The notes: generated by a model from the letters alone, not told the origin. DNA of 64,000 nt from Callorhinchus milii (GCF_018977255.1 NW_024704742.1:107758001-107822000), one strand, 5' to 3'. Counted from the first letter of the stretch, positions 14,491 through 28,197 are shown. Numbers and translations: made by a program.

Positions 14491-14805
14491 AATAATAATT
14501 CTTGCATTTGATATAGCGCTTTTCACGTCTTCTAGACTTCCCAAAGCGCTTCACAGTATATACTGTAAAGTGAATTGACTGTATATTTGTGGGCGAACGC
14601 GGCAGCCAATTGCGCACAGCAGTGTCCCACAGACAGTCGTGGATTGAAAATGTCCAATTTATTATTATTTTGTTTTTTTGGAGGGATTATTATTAGGTGT
14701 GTGGAGTAAGGAAACTTGCCCAAGGTTTCGCCCTCTGCCTGGAATTGAACTCAGGTCTCTCACTTGCAAAGTGAGTGCTCTAACCACTGAGCTACAGGAC
14801 TCCAC
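14491..14805 (-). mobile_element. tRNA-Ala-derived SINE (young subfamily)
   Basis: Close match to the copy at 34621-34953. Confidence 0.9.
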
Positions 14806-15250
14806 CCCTTGTGGTGGTGGTGGGGGGGGTTGCCTCTGCACACTTCACTTTGGTGGAGGGACCAAGGCTTTCCCGCCTCTGGGTTCTGCTGCCCTTTGCA
14901 GGGTGAGGTTACAAGGTGGGTCTTGTACCCCCACCCTCACTGTTGCCCTCCCCTTTTTGGGGAGTGCAGGCAGGTTCACAATACACAGCATGGTACACAT
15001 TTTTTGAACGCTCCCTTTTAGATAAAGTCAGGAACGCCTCTATGTGCATTACATACATGTGTGTATTGAATGTGTTACAGCACAGAAACAGGTAATTCGA
15101 GCCTCAAGTGTGTGGAGGTGTTTTTTCTCGACGTGAGCCAATGTAATCCCATTCTCTTGTTCACTTCCCACAGAGCATCCTCCCAATGTAAAAGGTGCAT
15201 CTATCAAATGTAAGGATTGTTATTATTACTAATTATTATTACTAATCAGT

Positions 15251-15610
15251 TAATAATAATAATCCTTCCATTTGAAATAGCGCCTTATCACATCTTCGAG
15301 ACATATAAAGGTGTTTAACAGAATATACTGTAAAGTGAATTGACTATATATTTTGTGGGCGAAATGCGGCAGCCAATTGTACACAGTAGGGTCTCACAAA
15401 CAGTCGCGGGTTGAGAATCAAACCTTTTTTTNAAGGGATTATTACCCCCGGAAAAGCGATCCGCCAATCGACGAACAACCAGGTTCCTACTCACTGCTAG
15501 GTGAACAGAGGAATGTGGAGTAAGACCAACGTGTCACCCTGCCCAGGAATCAATCCCAGGTCCTCTTGCTTGCGAGGCGAATGCTCTAATCACTATGCTG
15601 CAGGACTCCA
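15251..15610 (-). mobile_element. tRNA-derived SINE (older subfamily)
   Basis: Head and tail match the family; contains an N at 15432. Confidence 0.8.
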
Positions 15611-15839
15611 AATAGTTGATCTCCCACATCAGACATACTTACAATTCCGGTGAATGATCACAGAATGAGATTAAGCTAACTTTCTCTTTCAAGTGCCAAT
15701 TAATCTGCTCTCCAATTCCAGCATTTTCTGATCTTAATTGGATTTCTTTCATTTGTATTATTTACCCTTTTAATAGCTTTGAAGTCTTTGTGCTCATTCA
15801 GTAAGGATTTTCCTTACATGCTTTATAGACCAATAAACA

Positions 15840-16150
15840 ACAATGACAACAACAAATTACATTGTATAGCAACTTTCATATGGGGATAAGGCACTCGACA
15901 AGGATTCGCCACCAAGATGGGGATTGGGATTGGGAGAGGTGGAAGGCAGGGAGGGTTGGGGTAGGAGGGTGACCAAAGGTGCAGTTGAATAGAGGGGTCT
16001 TGAGACATGCCTTGAAGGAGGCAAGGGAGAAGGCGAAGGGATTGTGGAATGGAGTTCCAAAGGGTTGGGGCAGAAAGATTGAAGGCCCGACCACTGATGG
16101 TGCGGTGGGCATGGCGGGGGACATGAAGCAAGCTGAGCGAGGAAGCTGAG
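15840..16150 (-). mobile_element. L2 3' end
   Basis: ORF track shows LLHVPR...GRAF...APTLWNSIPQSLR and an (aac)n tail. Confidence 0.8.
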
Positions 16151-17369
16151 AGGTCGGTATGGAAGGTAAAAGTCATTACATTTCTGGCCAAGTTAGCTTG
16201 ACTAGAACTCAAGTTTGGTTTTGCAACATCAAACAAAGATTTCCAATTGCTACCGTGGTTTGTAGAATGTGCTGCAGCTCCCGAGTAATACCTGATCAGT
16301 GTACACAGTGAGTCACCTGTGGTGCTTTTACTGAATAAAGTTGTTCCAACTTTTGATAGACTAGTGAAGCAGGAAATCATGCCTAGTCAGAAGATTACAA
16401 AGAAGGAGAACAGACAGAATGCAGAATGCCTTACCACAGATGGCCACCAAATCTAACTTCATAACAGAATTTAATAGGGATTTGGATAAATATTTGCGGA
16501 ATAATTATGTTAAAGATGTAAGAGAACAGGAGAATGCTATTAGAACAAATAACTACAGTGGGGAAGCTAGCACCAAAACAGACATAATGGGGTGAATACC
16601 TTCCTTCTGTACTGGAAACATTACGTGATTCTATGATCTCCAGTTCAGAAGTGATGTGGACCTGTCATACATTCTGAAGAGGTTCTACAGCTTCAGTGAT
16701 CAATATTGCATAAGAAAATGCAATAAGAATAAGAAAAATGAACAGTTTTAAGCATCGTCCATTTTATTGCAGTTATGTTGGAGTCCATTTTATTGCCCTT
16801 ATATTGCACGTTTATCAGCAAATCACTCTGATTTTGGCAGCTATTCAACATGAAATGTGTAGTGTGAACAGCATTGCAGAAAGTGCATGTTACACAAGAG
16901 CTCTAATCCCTGATGCCATGTACAGGAGGTGGATTCAGAAGTATTATGCTTACATCTGCATAGTACAGTGTCAACATGGTGAATGTGACTCACAATGAGT
17001 TCACACACCTATTTTCCCTCAAGGCACTCAGCTTTTGAATGGAGCATTTTTAATGTTATTAAAATGCTGATTAGATGACTGGCTTTTCATTATCTAACAA
17101 ATACCTGATTATATTGTTCGGTGTATTTGTCAAGAGGCAGATGGCATTGTGACAAAATAGTTTTCATCAAGTCATTCAATTTGTAGAATTTCTTACGGAT
17201 ATTTGGGAGGATCATTTGAATGTCTCTAGTCATGTAGATTCAGCTAAGTCTGATCACAGCTGCCCTTGATCAGCTAGTTGAAGTATTTTAATTGTGTTAC
17301 AGATGATTCATTACTTGGGCCTCCTCTATGGTTGCTGATTAGAAATAAACATTAATTGCATTGTTAGGC

Positions 17370-17657
17370 AATTACATTGCATATGTCCCATAAACAGCCC
17401 ATGAAGTGAATTGCCAATTTTATTTGGGGGATAATTGGCCCAGACACCTGGACAAACCCCCTTCTCTTTTGAATCAGTGCCATGTGAGCTTTACCATCCA
17501 ACGGGGATGTTGGTTTAACTGCTCATCCCACAATACAACACATTCCCCAGCACTACATCAGACTACATAGGCTTGTGAGTTCAAAGTCCCAATGTGGGGC
17601 TTGAACCCACAGCGTTCTGACTCAGAGGCAAGAGTGCTACCAACTGAGCCAGGCTGA
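17370..17657 (-). mobile_element. Old Deu-domain SINE
   Basis: Reverse-complement head ctgactcagaggcaagagtgctaccaactgagccaggctga plus the Deu core. Confidence 0.7.
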
Positions 17658-18928
17658 AGATCTACTCTTCAATTTTCCTTTGACTTCCACTAATAATTGT
17701 TTATTGAATCTTAATTACTTCCTTGGTGAACCTCAGTCTCTATGACATTTTTGTTTTTTTGCGTCTTTGAATATTTTTGTTTGACCTTTAGATTTTTGAC
17801 TTGCTTCCCTAACTGTTGTGTTCCTTCCTATTTGTTCTATTTTCTCATTTCACCTTGAATATATTTTTAACCTCTCTTAGAATCATAGCACCCAACCTCC
17901 CATTCTGTAAGATGTGGTTCTGTCCACTACACAATGCCTATTTTCTTGGATTGATCCATCATTAGGCAAAATAAAACACTTTCCCCAGCCCAGAAATACC
18001 TTGGATGTCAGGTTAATCTGAATGGCATCTCATCTTTTGTTTCACTTATCTTCAAATCTTTATTTTAGATTGGCTTGGATTTTTTCCTGAGATAAACTTA
18101 GCTTTCCCTTGTCTTGCACCTCACTGTCCATAAAATTAGATTTACTGAAGGAAATCACGTACATGTAATGTAACTGAGTTTATAATAGCATTAGAGTTGA
18201 CATGATCTCTGAGGGAATATTACCACCATCTACTAATAGGGAGTCCAACGATGGCTCATGTGATTGTAGATAATGAGACTATTAAAGGGGTTGGCATCCA
18301 TCCAAACAATTAACACTCATCAAAGTACCAAAGGGCTAAAACAATGCAAAGCACACATGGGGCTGATGTTATTTAATCATCAATAAAATAATTTAAATCC
18401 TATTGTCCTGGAGTATCCTGTGAGAATATGTAATGAACATGGTAATTTAGGGAAGACACTGTGAGTTGCAGAAAATTAACTACAATGTCTTTAAACTGTA
18501 ATGAAATAGCAGTCTTCAATAATTAGTTTCAAAACAATTAATTCTGTACTTCTAAGCATTACCATTTGAACAACTTATTACTGCTGTATGGATTGCTCAT
18601 AAATTAATTGCTGCTGCTCTGCTTTGATGACACATTGGAAACTCAGGTGGCCTCACACAGATTAGGAAGTGACATTTTGAAATAAATAAATCATGCTTGA
18701 AATTCACAGGAAAGCGAATGAAACCAATCATGGCATATTAGTTACTTATGAAAGTAAACCTTTCGTTGTTTTCTCATACTATAAACAATAACAACAACAA
18801 CAACTTGTATTTATATAGCGCCCTCCATGCCGGGCGGAGTCTCAGAGAGCTTAACAATGGCGGAGCCCGAGGCCGAACCTGGGGGAAGGGACAGGTGGTC
18901 ATGGTCAGTATATTTATATTTGTGTGTT

Positions 18929-19420
18929 AATAATAATCCTTACATCTGATATAGAGCATTTCACATCACAGGATATACTGTGAAATGTTTCGCCCTGCCT
19001 GGGAATTGAACCCAGGTCCTCTTGTTTGTGGAGCGAGTGCTCTAACCACTAAGATACAGAACTCCACAACATACTGTAGTGAGTGTATAATTTGTGTAGG
19101 CAATATGGCACCCAATTTGCACAGGGCAATTTCCCACAGATAGCCATGAAGTGAATAACCAATTTTATCTGAGAGATTATTGGCCAGGACACCGGAACAA
19201 ACTCCTTTCTCTTTTTGAATAGTGCCCTAGGATCTTTAACCCCACTTCAACAGGCAGAATGGACCTCGGTTTAATATTTCACCCAAAGGACGGTGCCTCC
19301 AATAATGCAGCACATCCCCAGCACTGCATTGAGTATCAGCCTGAACTTGTAAATTCAAAGTCTTCCAAGGCGCTTGAACTAAATAAGTGGAGAATAAGTG
19401 GATTCAGAGTTTGCAGTTAA
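18929..19420 (-). mobile_element. tRNA-derived SINE abutting a Deu-domain SINE (composite, paralogous to ~28800-29235)
   Basis: Same SINE junction and same flank (gcttgaactaaataa.tggagaataagtgga) as the 28.8-29.2 kb copy. Confidence 0.7.
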
Positions 19421-19869
19421 ATCTAATATATGAATGCCATACTGACTCTCTCCTACTGTTCAAAACCCACTTTAACATCTATCTCTTTGATTGTGCTTTT
19501 CAAATCACACATCCAACTCAACTCCCCCACCCCCCACCAATTTAAGTGGTGTGTACAGTGCTTTAAGATGTCTTCCTAACATGAGAAACTCCATATAAAT
19601 ATAAATAATTGTAGTGTTAGGTATCAGTCTGGCTCAGTTGGCAGCACACTCACCTCTGAATCAAAGCCTCACTTTGAAATCACTGTCTAAAATGACAGTC
19701 CAAACCTGTGCCACACTATTAGAGGTGCCATCCTTTGGATGAGACATTAAACAACAACAACAACTTGTTACCAAGGGCAGCATCCCAAAGCTGATATTAA
19801 ACTGAGATCTTGTCTGTCTGCTCAGGAAGATGTCGTAAACTCTACTCAACAGTTCCTCGCTATATATAC

Positions 19870-20340
19870 TGCTGACCACCCAGAACTCTGCAGTCTGTGT
19901 CCTCTCCCACACCAGGCTCCACGAGCCTATCACCCCCATCCTCGCTTAGCTCCACTGGCTCCCCATCCTCCAGCTGGTTGAATTCAAGATACGAGTCCTC
20001 AATTTCAAATCTCTCCAAAGTCTCGCCCGGCGTATTTCTGCTACTTCCTGCACCCCCATTACCTCTGCAATTCCCTGTACTCAGCAAACACCGTCTTGAT
20101 TCACACCCTCTAGCCCTCTCTGCCTCACCATTTATGGATGTTTTCAACCATTCTACCCCTGCTCTCTGGAACTCCATCCCACCAACCCTCTGCCTTGCCC
20201 TATCCTTACCCACCTTCAAAACACACCTTAAGACTTATCTTTTCAATCACAATTGCGGCCAACCCCTCAGTCCTCCACACCCCCGATTGATCCTCCCAGT
20301 CAGCCGACATGAAAGGCGCAATATAAATGTAAATTGGTGT
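19870..20340 (+). mobile_element. Degenerate L2 3' fragment
   Basis: ORF 19897-20433 contains PALWNSIP...LPTFKTHLKTYLF. Confidence 0.75.
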
Positions 20341-20521
20341 TTTTCAGAAATATGGAATAGCTCAGCATTTACAAGAATCTTATTCACTGAAACTGCAAGA
20401 GAACAAATTAATGTATTTGTTACAGATTTATAATATATGGCTTCTTAACCAGGTTTAAAAATTAGTCTTGCTGTATATCGTTCAGTTTAAAAACAGTTCA
20501 TGAAATGGTTGATAAAGAAGG

Positions 20522-20557
20522 CACTATTGCCCCCTGCTGGTTCTACGTGAAAATACA
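20522..20557 (-). promoter_or_regulatory. Predicted CTCF site (reverse orientation)
   Basis: The minus strand reads tgtattttcacgtagaaCCAGCAGGGGGCaata, matching the CCASYAGRKGGC core. Confidence 0.5.
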
Positions 20558-21196
20558 CAGAGTATGCAACAACAGAAATTACATCTTTTACATTCTCTCT
20601 ACGGTATTAATGATCTGCTTTGATAAAACAACATATCTACTGCCTCAAGCATGTGCTTCTCCAGCTGCAATACAACACAATTAGCTAGATTATATTTCAC
20701 AACCTGCATTAGATTGCCAAACATTGACCATTGGTTCAGGCACCACTGTGAGTGCCAAATAATCTCCCTAATATTTTCTCAAATTTTGGATACAATAATA
20801 ATAATCCTCATACTTGATATAACACCTTATCGCGTCAAAGTATCTCAAATCAGTTCACAGTGTTTGTCTGAAAAGTGTAGTCACTGTTTATGTGTAGGCG
20901 GACGCATTTTTTAAAGTTTTAAAATCTAAGATAAAAACTCCTGCTTGTCATACGCAGATGTACAGTCATCCATTGGTGGTGTTTAATTATGAATATTTAA
21001 ATGCATTGGTGATATTTATGAATTCAATTTTCTCAAGTAAGTATGGCACGTATGCTGTTGCAGTAGTAATTGTGTGAGACATTAATTAAATTCTAGTTAA
21101 CTGAATATTTTAATTTACTTTTTAGTGCTTAACATTCAGAGCAGTGTTGCTTTTTAAGGTGTAAATGGACTAAAAAAAATGTATCCATATTATCTT

Positions 21197-21595
21197 GTGT
21201 CAGCTCAGTTGGTAGAAGTCTTGCTTCTGAGTCAGAAGGCAGTGGATACAAGCCCCATATCGGGACTTTGGGCTGTTAGTTTAGGCTGATACTACAATAC
21301 AATGCTGAGAAGAGAGTATTGCATTGTGAGAGGTGCCATCCCGCAAATGCGTTGTTAAACCAAGGTCCTGTCTGCCTGTTTAGTTGGCTGTCAAGAATCC
21401 CATTGTCCTATTCAAAAAGACAAGAGAGTTTCTCCCCATGTGCTGACCAACAATTCCGAAAATAAAATTGATCATTCACTTCATTACTGTGCACATATTG
21501 GCTGCCATGTTTGCCTATAAATACACAGGCACTAAACTTTGCTGTAAAATCTTATGAAGCACTTTTGATATCGTCGTAAAGCACAATATCAAATT
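21197..21595 (+). mobile_element. Old Deu-domain SINE, near full length
   Basis: tRNA head, core gaggtgccatc...ttaaaccaaggtcctgtctgcctg...ttcaaaaagacaagagagtttctccc, and an L2-like tail. Confidence 0.75.
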
Positions 21596-22168
21596 GTTTT
21601 TTTACGCTCAGCTGAGTGTTTGATACTTGCAGAAAACCATCACTATGCTTAAAGTCCCTTTTGTTTGATTTAGATGCTCTTAACTATAGGGATAGGTTTT
21701 GCATGTGTCAGACACCCAGCTGACCAAAAATAATTGTTATAACGGTCTCTTATCCTGATGCCTGACCACATATGGTATTTAACTTCCCTTATTTTCAAAT
21801 TAAGAAATAGGGAGCAAATGAAATAGTGCAGTTCGTCAGCACACTATCCTATCTCTAGGACTTGAGTTTAAAACTAGCCCAGTTTGATCAGATGAAGTTT
21901 CCCTCTCTTGGTTGGCTGCAGGGTTTCATTTCAGATGAGTTTGAATTGTCTTAACACAGTTCTCATTTTGTGAAGACCTACGACACAAGTCAATTCATAA
22001 ATTGGTTTTGATTGCCACACAAAATACACAGTCAATCCATTTTACATTATATTCTGTGACGCAGAAGTCTCAACGATTTGATAAGGTGTTATGTCAAATG
22101 CAAAGATTGTGATTATAATTTCTTCCGTTACTGGGACATGTCTTTCCGTGCAATACAAAATTTGTAGG

Positions 22169-22187
22169 TATCCACTAGGGGGCTCTT
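22169..22187 (+). promoter_or_regulatory. Predicted CTCF site (forward orientation)
   Basis: CCACTAGGGGGC at 22172-22183 matches the CCASYAGRKGGC core. Confidence 0.5.
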
Positions 22188-22577
22188 TTTGTCTTTTTAT
22201 GTCAACCACAAAAGCTGTTGGCAGACATTAAACCTCCACTCTAAAGTACATGTTTATTTTTTCATAAGCAAGATACACAAGAGAGAAATGTTAAGCTGAA
22301 CTTTACACCTTTGTTATTATTCTGCTGGTGCAAAATATATGAAATATATTAAATAAAATTTGAGTCCTGTGAAGAAAGATTGTTTTATTGAAAAATCAAC
22401 AACGAATTGCATTTATATACAGTAGCACCATTCACGTCGCGAGAATGTCCCAAGGGTCTGGATAGTAAAGGGTTTGCACCCGAGCTGGTTGGAATGTGGA
22501 GTATTAACACCAGCTCAGACTAGTTGGTCTGAATGACTTGTTTCCGTGTTGTAATGATCTATGTAACTCTATGTACA

Positions 22578-23568
22578 ATACAATATTACATTTGTATAGC
22601 ACTTTTCACGTCGGAAGGACATCCCCAGGTTCTGGACAGTCAGGGATCTAAACCTGAGCTGGGAGTCGGGAGCGGGGAGGGTGGAGGGCAAGGAGGGAAG
22701 GTGAGTAGCCAAAGACTCAGTCGAAGTGGAGGGTTTTGAGATACGCCTTGAAGGAGGCAAGGGAGGGAGAGAGGCAAAGGGAATGTGGGATGGAGTTCCA
22801 TAGGGTGGGGGCAGAAAGGCTGAAGGCCCAATCGCCGATGGTGGGACGGGCGGGCAGGGGACGTGGAGCATGCCACAGCCTGCTGAGTGGAAGGAGCAGA
22901 CAGGTTGATATTCGGTTAGTAGGTTGCAGAGGTAGAGAGATGTAAGGCTGTGGAGGGCCTTGAAGGCGAGGACAAGGATTTTGTACTCTATTCTCAGGGG
23001 TTGGGGATCCAGTGGAGCCAGGCGAGGGTGGGGATGATGGGGTCACAGAGCTTGGTGCGGGAGAGGACACGAGTTGGAGAGTTCTGGATGATCTGCAGCT
23101 TGCGGAGGGAAGAGTCGGGAAGGCCATACATATAGTCGAGCCTAGATGTGATGAATGAGTGGATGAGGGTTTCGGCGGTTTGAGGGGCGAGGCAGTGGTG
23201 GAGCCGGGTGATGCTGTGGAGGTGTAGGAAGGCAGAGCGGGTCATGGCACGGTTGTGAGGTAGAAAGGATAGTTGAGGCTCAAACAAGATGCCAAGGTTC
23301 CGGACTGTGCATCATTGGATGGTGATGCTGCCAGTGCCTGAGGTGAGGAGGTGCTGCAGAGGCCAGTCAGGGGAGTCTCGGTCTTGCTGATGTTCAACTG
23401 AAGAAAGTTAGTTCTCATCCAGGACTTGATGTCTGACAGACATTCTGTCAGGACAGCAGTGGTCCTGGAGTCAAGGGTGGAGGCAGAAAGATAGAGTTGG
23501 GTGTCATCCGCATACATGTGGAAGTTGACCCCATGTCTGCGGATGTTGTCACCAAGAGGGAGCATGTG
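22578..23568 (-). mobile_element. 5'-truncated L2 LINE (YADD motif to 3' tail)
   Basis: ORF 23242-23589 contains [14 protein letters not shown] 22994-23287 contains FITSRLDY; the 3' stem-loop is at about 22597-22630. Confidence 0.92.
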
Positions 23569-23725
23569 AAATAAAAATGTGCGCTGCATACATGAAGAAG
23601 AGGGAATATAGGAATGGGGATTATGATGGCTGGAAGCTCATGTTTAGTATAAAACACCAGCACAGACTAATTGAGCTGAATGGCCTGTTTATGTGCTGTA
23701 TACATTCTATGTAATGTAATGTCAC

Positions 23726-24050
23726 GGAGTCCTGTAGCTCAGTGGTTAGAGCACTCGCTTTGCAAGCGAGAGACCTGAGTTCAATTCCAGGCAGAGGGTG
23801 AAACCTTGGGCAAGTTTCCTTACTCCACACAGAGCTTAATAATAATCCCTCCAAAACCAAAAACAATAATAAATTGGTCATTTTCAATCTACGACTGTTT
23901 GTGGGACATTGCTGTGCGCAATTGGCTGCTGCGTTCGCCCACAAATATACAGTCAATTCACTTTACAGTGTGTTCTGTGAAGCGTTTGGGACGTCCTCCC
24001 AACGTGAAAAGCGCTGTATCAAATGCAAGGATTATTATTATTATTATTAA
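23726..24050 (+). mobile_element. tRNA-Ala-derived SINE, full length, young
   Basis: A box tagctcagtgg, anticodon arm ctcgc-tttgcaa-gcgag, B box gagttcaattcc, (att)n tail. Confidence 0.92.
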
Positions 24051-25034
24051 TAAATAAGGTCACATGCATTTTGTAACAAAAACTTGCAGGAACACACTAC
24101 CTTTCATTGAATTCTTCTTTCTTGTCAGCTGGTGTGATTACAGATTCTATAAGTAATCACGTTTTCATCCACATGATATAATAAATTAATCACTAACTTC
24201 AAACAACACATGGATAACATGAAGAGGGTTTCACTCTCAATACAGATTGCAACAAAATCAACAGCAACAAAAGAACAATAACTCACCAATTTAATTGACC
24301 AATAACGCACCCGAGAATTAGAATATTCATGACATTTTAATGATATCTAATAACAAAACCAACTTGACCAAATCTCCAAGATTAAAAAGTAATGTATGTG
24401 CCATCTTGACATTTGGCTAATATATAGGAACATAGGAATAGGAGTAGGCCATTCAGCCCCTCAAGCCTGTACTGCCATTCTATTAGATTATGGTACCTCA
24501 ACTCCATTTTTTAAAAAAATATATTAACAGAGGAAAATTAACTACTAGGCTGAATAATGGGACCAATATTATATTATAAACAATAAGAAATAGTAAAGCT
24601 AATGCTAGTTCATGATTTTGTAGTTTTTAGTAGTTTATGATATTGTCTGATCCCTTGAGTATGTTAGTGTTCTCATGTACTCTCAACCATCTGTTATTCT
24701 GTCCAATATGTTCATGATCTGCTTTCTGTCCTGAGCATTATACAGTCTAACAATCAATCAGAATACCATGATAATAACTATCAGGAGTTTCACACACAAA
24801 AATAAAGTGAGGAATCTGATTAAATTGATAAGTGTAATATGTATAAAGTTTTATTTAAAAAAGCTCTTTAACAATGAATAAATATTATGATATTGTTATA
24901 TTGATAATATAGATTATTCAGTATTGATAGTACACAAACATTAAATTTGATATGATGGGAACATAAGTCAATATTATATTCTAAAAGAATATTTATATTT
25001 AAAAGAATATAAGTCTACCACAGTCCTGGCTGCT

Positions 25035-25378
25035 TTATCTCCTTTTCAGTGAGAAATCAGGTCTTGGTGCCCCTCGTCCACACCTTCGGCACATCCCGGC
25101 TGGACTATTCTAATGCTGTCCTTGCTGGTCTCCCCAGCTCCACCATACACACAATACAATTAATTCAAAATTAATGCGGGTATTCACGTACCCTTGCACC
25201 TCCCTACCTATCCGACATGCTTATCCCCCACTCCACCACCCACTGTCTCCACTCAGCTGGTTCCCGTCTCCTAATTGTCTCTCATGTCTCCGTCAATCCC
25301 TCTGCCTATGAAGCGCTCCGGGGGCTACTCCGCGTGAAGTGCATTGTATAAATGCAAGTTGTCGTTATTGTTGTTATT
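25035..25378 (+). mobile_element. Degenerate L2 3' fragment
   Basis: tcccggctggactattctaatgct encodes SRLDYSNA; ends in a (gtt)n-like tail. Confidence 0.7.
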
Positions 25379-26534
25379 GATATACCTCACTGAAACCATC
25401 CTTTCCCTGCTACCTTCTTTAACTCTCTCGCCAGCAATGCGAAGAGCTTTGAGTTGTCCTCCCGACCTGAAAGGCACTACATAAATGTAAATTGTGTTGT
25501 AATACGGAGCAGTATCATCAAGGTTGAAAGAGTAACAGAAAAATAAGATAAATCAAGAAGAAATCTTGCTAAAAGTGTTATGGTCATAATTACCTTGTGT
25601 TTGTATTTTACAACAACAACAAAATTACATTTATAGAGCGCCTTTCACGTCAGGAGGATGTCCCAAAGCGCTGAACAGTCATATGTCGGGGCCCGGGCAT
25701 GGGGAAGTGATGGTGTAAGGCTGAGGGAAGGCATCATATGGCAATTTTTATGGCATGCTAATCTGATATCTGTTTAAAATCAAGCTTTCAGTTCCTCATG
25801 GTTTGTCTTCTCAACGCCTTTGATGGCATGCTATGCTCATTGGGTAAATATTTGTATCACTTTTTTCTTGATCGCAGGGAGAACTTGTCATTGTATTCAA
25901 TTAATCAGGTACAACTAAGGCTAGAGCAGTCATTTAAATCGGTTTACAAATGGTCTCCATGTGACAAATGCAAGTGAAGTTGTTAGCAACATTCCCATAA
26001 TAATTATTTATAAGTGCAGCACCAGCCCAGTGTCACCTATTTTGATGGCTCTCTGAAAAGTAAATATTCATTCTAATGAATTTGCTATCTTTGGCATTTT
26101 ATTTCAACAATATTTGAGTATCATTGCAAACCCTGAAAGAATAAAACAAGATGCTTTTACCATTCTCTAATGTTTTCTTGGTACGTTGACAAGAAACACA
26201 TTTTCCAAACTCCCGATATATGCCTTTGAACAATGAAAATAACGCATTCTTCCAAAATTCACTGGTGTAAGGAAGGATGTGTACTCGTTCACTGACAGAT
26301 CAGAGGCTAATGCATCTGAGTATATGAGGTGCAAATAGTTCCCTTGTGGTGGAATGAAGCTATTTCTGATTCTTTACTCAGGCATTAATCTTTTACCAAC
26401 CCCACCCCCGTGTGATTTCAGATTGGCAGAACCAAACCTAAATTACTTGTTCAACCTAGTAGCTAATTTTTCTTTGTTAGAAGTGCTTGAGATAGTTTTG
26501 GAGCCATTAGTCATGTGATAATTTTTTTCTTCTA

Positions 26535-27277
26535 TCTATTCTTTATTATATACTAATAAAACAGCAATGTCTGTCTGCGTTTCAATAAGACTCTCAATAA
26601 CCGATTGACGTAGAGACATGATTTATACCTCATCGGAAAGGTCTTGCATCTTAGAGTGTCATGGGCATATTTGTTTTCGGGTATCTCTTATTGTTCATTA
26701 GTTATTTTCAGTTTTGCCTTTTTTACCGCAGTTACACCTGGTGACTGTCGAGTCAAAGTGGTGCTGTGGCATCGTGAGTCACGGAGCACGTACGTAAACA
26801 TGCACTGCAATTACACCTAGGGGCCACACTGGCTGACTATGGCGCTGTGGCATCCTGTCACAGAGCACACATGTAGCATAAGAAACAGGAGCAGGAGAGG
26901 CCATTCAGCCCCTCGAGCCTGCCCCGCCATTTAATAATATCACGGCTGATCTTCTCACCTAATTCCATTTACCTGCCCTATCCCCATATCCCTTAACTCC
27001 TTTAGTTTTTAAAAATCTATCAATCTCAGTCTTGAATATGTTCAGTGACTGAGCGTCCACAGCCTTCCATAGATTCACTGAAACAAAATAAAGAATGCAA
27101 AGCTAAGCCGAAGCAACAACAAAATTACATTTTTAAATCGTCAAGTCCTCTTATTGAGTCCTCCCACAGGAGTCCTCGCAATGAGTATAGATAAAGATGA
27201 AATATCTGTCTGTGTGTTAATCTACATTCCATATGGGATCCTTTGGTTGCAAGCGAAGCTGCAACGGGTACAGCTAG
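26535..27277 (+). mobile_element. Non-autonomous Helitron (rolling-circle transposon)
   Basis: 5' end A|TC...tatactaataaaa...gtctgtctg; 3' hairpin GTTGC-a-AGC-gaa-GCT-GCAAC (27246-27265), 8-nt spacer, CTAG|T (27274-27278); no target-site duplication. Confidence 0.75.
26877..27078 (-). mobile_element. CR1 3' end nested inside the Helitron
   Basis: aggagcaggagaggccattcagcccctcgagcctgccccgcca is the reverse complement of the CR1 3' end at about 35670-35715. Confidence 0.85.
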
Positions 27278-28197
27278 TATATAATATAATCCTTCCTCAC
27301 ATTTGATATTGCGCCTTATCACATCTTCAAGATGACTGTATATTTTGTGGGTGAAAATATTGAATACTTAATAATTTACTTTAAGTATATGAGACTTATG
27401 ATCTTGGTGGTTAATTCTGTTAGCTTCCACTTTGCTCATATAACATGGCATGCTTTCAATTGGGGGAACAAAAATCATTTGGAAAGGAAATCTGCAGAAT
27501 AGTAAATGCCTAAAACTGAATTCAAAATTATCAGCCTGTTTATAACATAATATACAAATGCTGATGCTGGGGCAAAAAATAATGTTTACAATTAAATAAT
27601 TTTCAAATCTGTTGCATTTATCAATTTATTCCAAATTTAATATCATGGTTGCACCTGAAGCCAGTTCCGAGATTTTAAACGCTATGATCTTGGATTCCCA
27701 TAATTGTTAACAACCGTGATTGTTATTCCTTACCCAGGAGATAACATTTAAGTAGTTCATGGTAATTCATGGGATACGAATTAAATCCACAACCTTCTGC
27801 TTCAGAGACAAGTGCTACCAACTAATCCAGGTGACACCTGACACTTGGTTGAAATTTTTATTTATACTAATTATAATAATAATCAGTTTTTATTCAGCAG
27901 ATTTTGTAGTAATAATTTCTACCACTAACAACCATTCATAATTGGACCTTTGACATTCCAGTCAATAAAAGGATCCCAAAGATCATATATATATGGAATT
28001 TAAAAAAACTGTTACAATCAGATGCAATGCATGAGGCATGCCTCCCAGTCTGTCCTTCTGGAGTGTCTCCTTCTGCTTAATAAATGTCAAAGTTTTTATT
28101 AGCAAAAAAANTTGTCATTGAAGTTGGGTATGTTCTACCTCAATATGTAACAAAATAGAAGATATCACACCTGCTTCTATATCGTGTTGATTTCTAG

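Noticed and set aside
23726..23800. tRNA-Ala(UGC)-like cloverleaf (also at about 14.75, 34.9, 39.5 and 54.0 kb)
   Set aside because: Each continues into the same ~260-nt body and L2-like tail and lacks a proper acceptor stem. These are SINE heads, not tRNA genes.
14373..28111. Single N bases at 14373, 15432 and 28111
   Set aside because: All sit beside homopolymer runs, so they are assembly ambiguities rather than biology.
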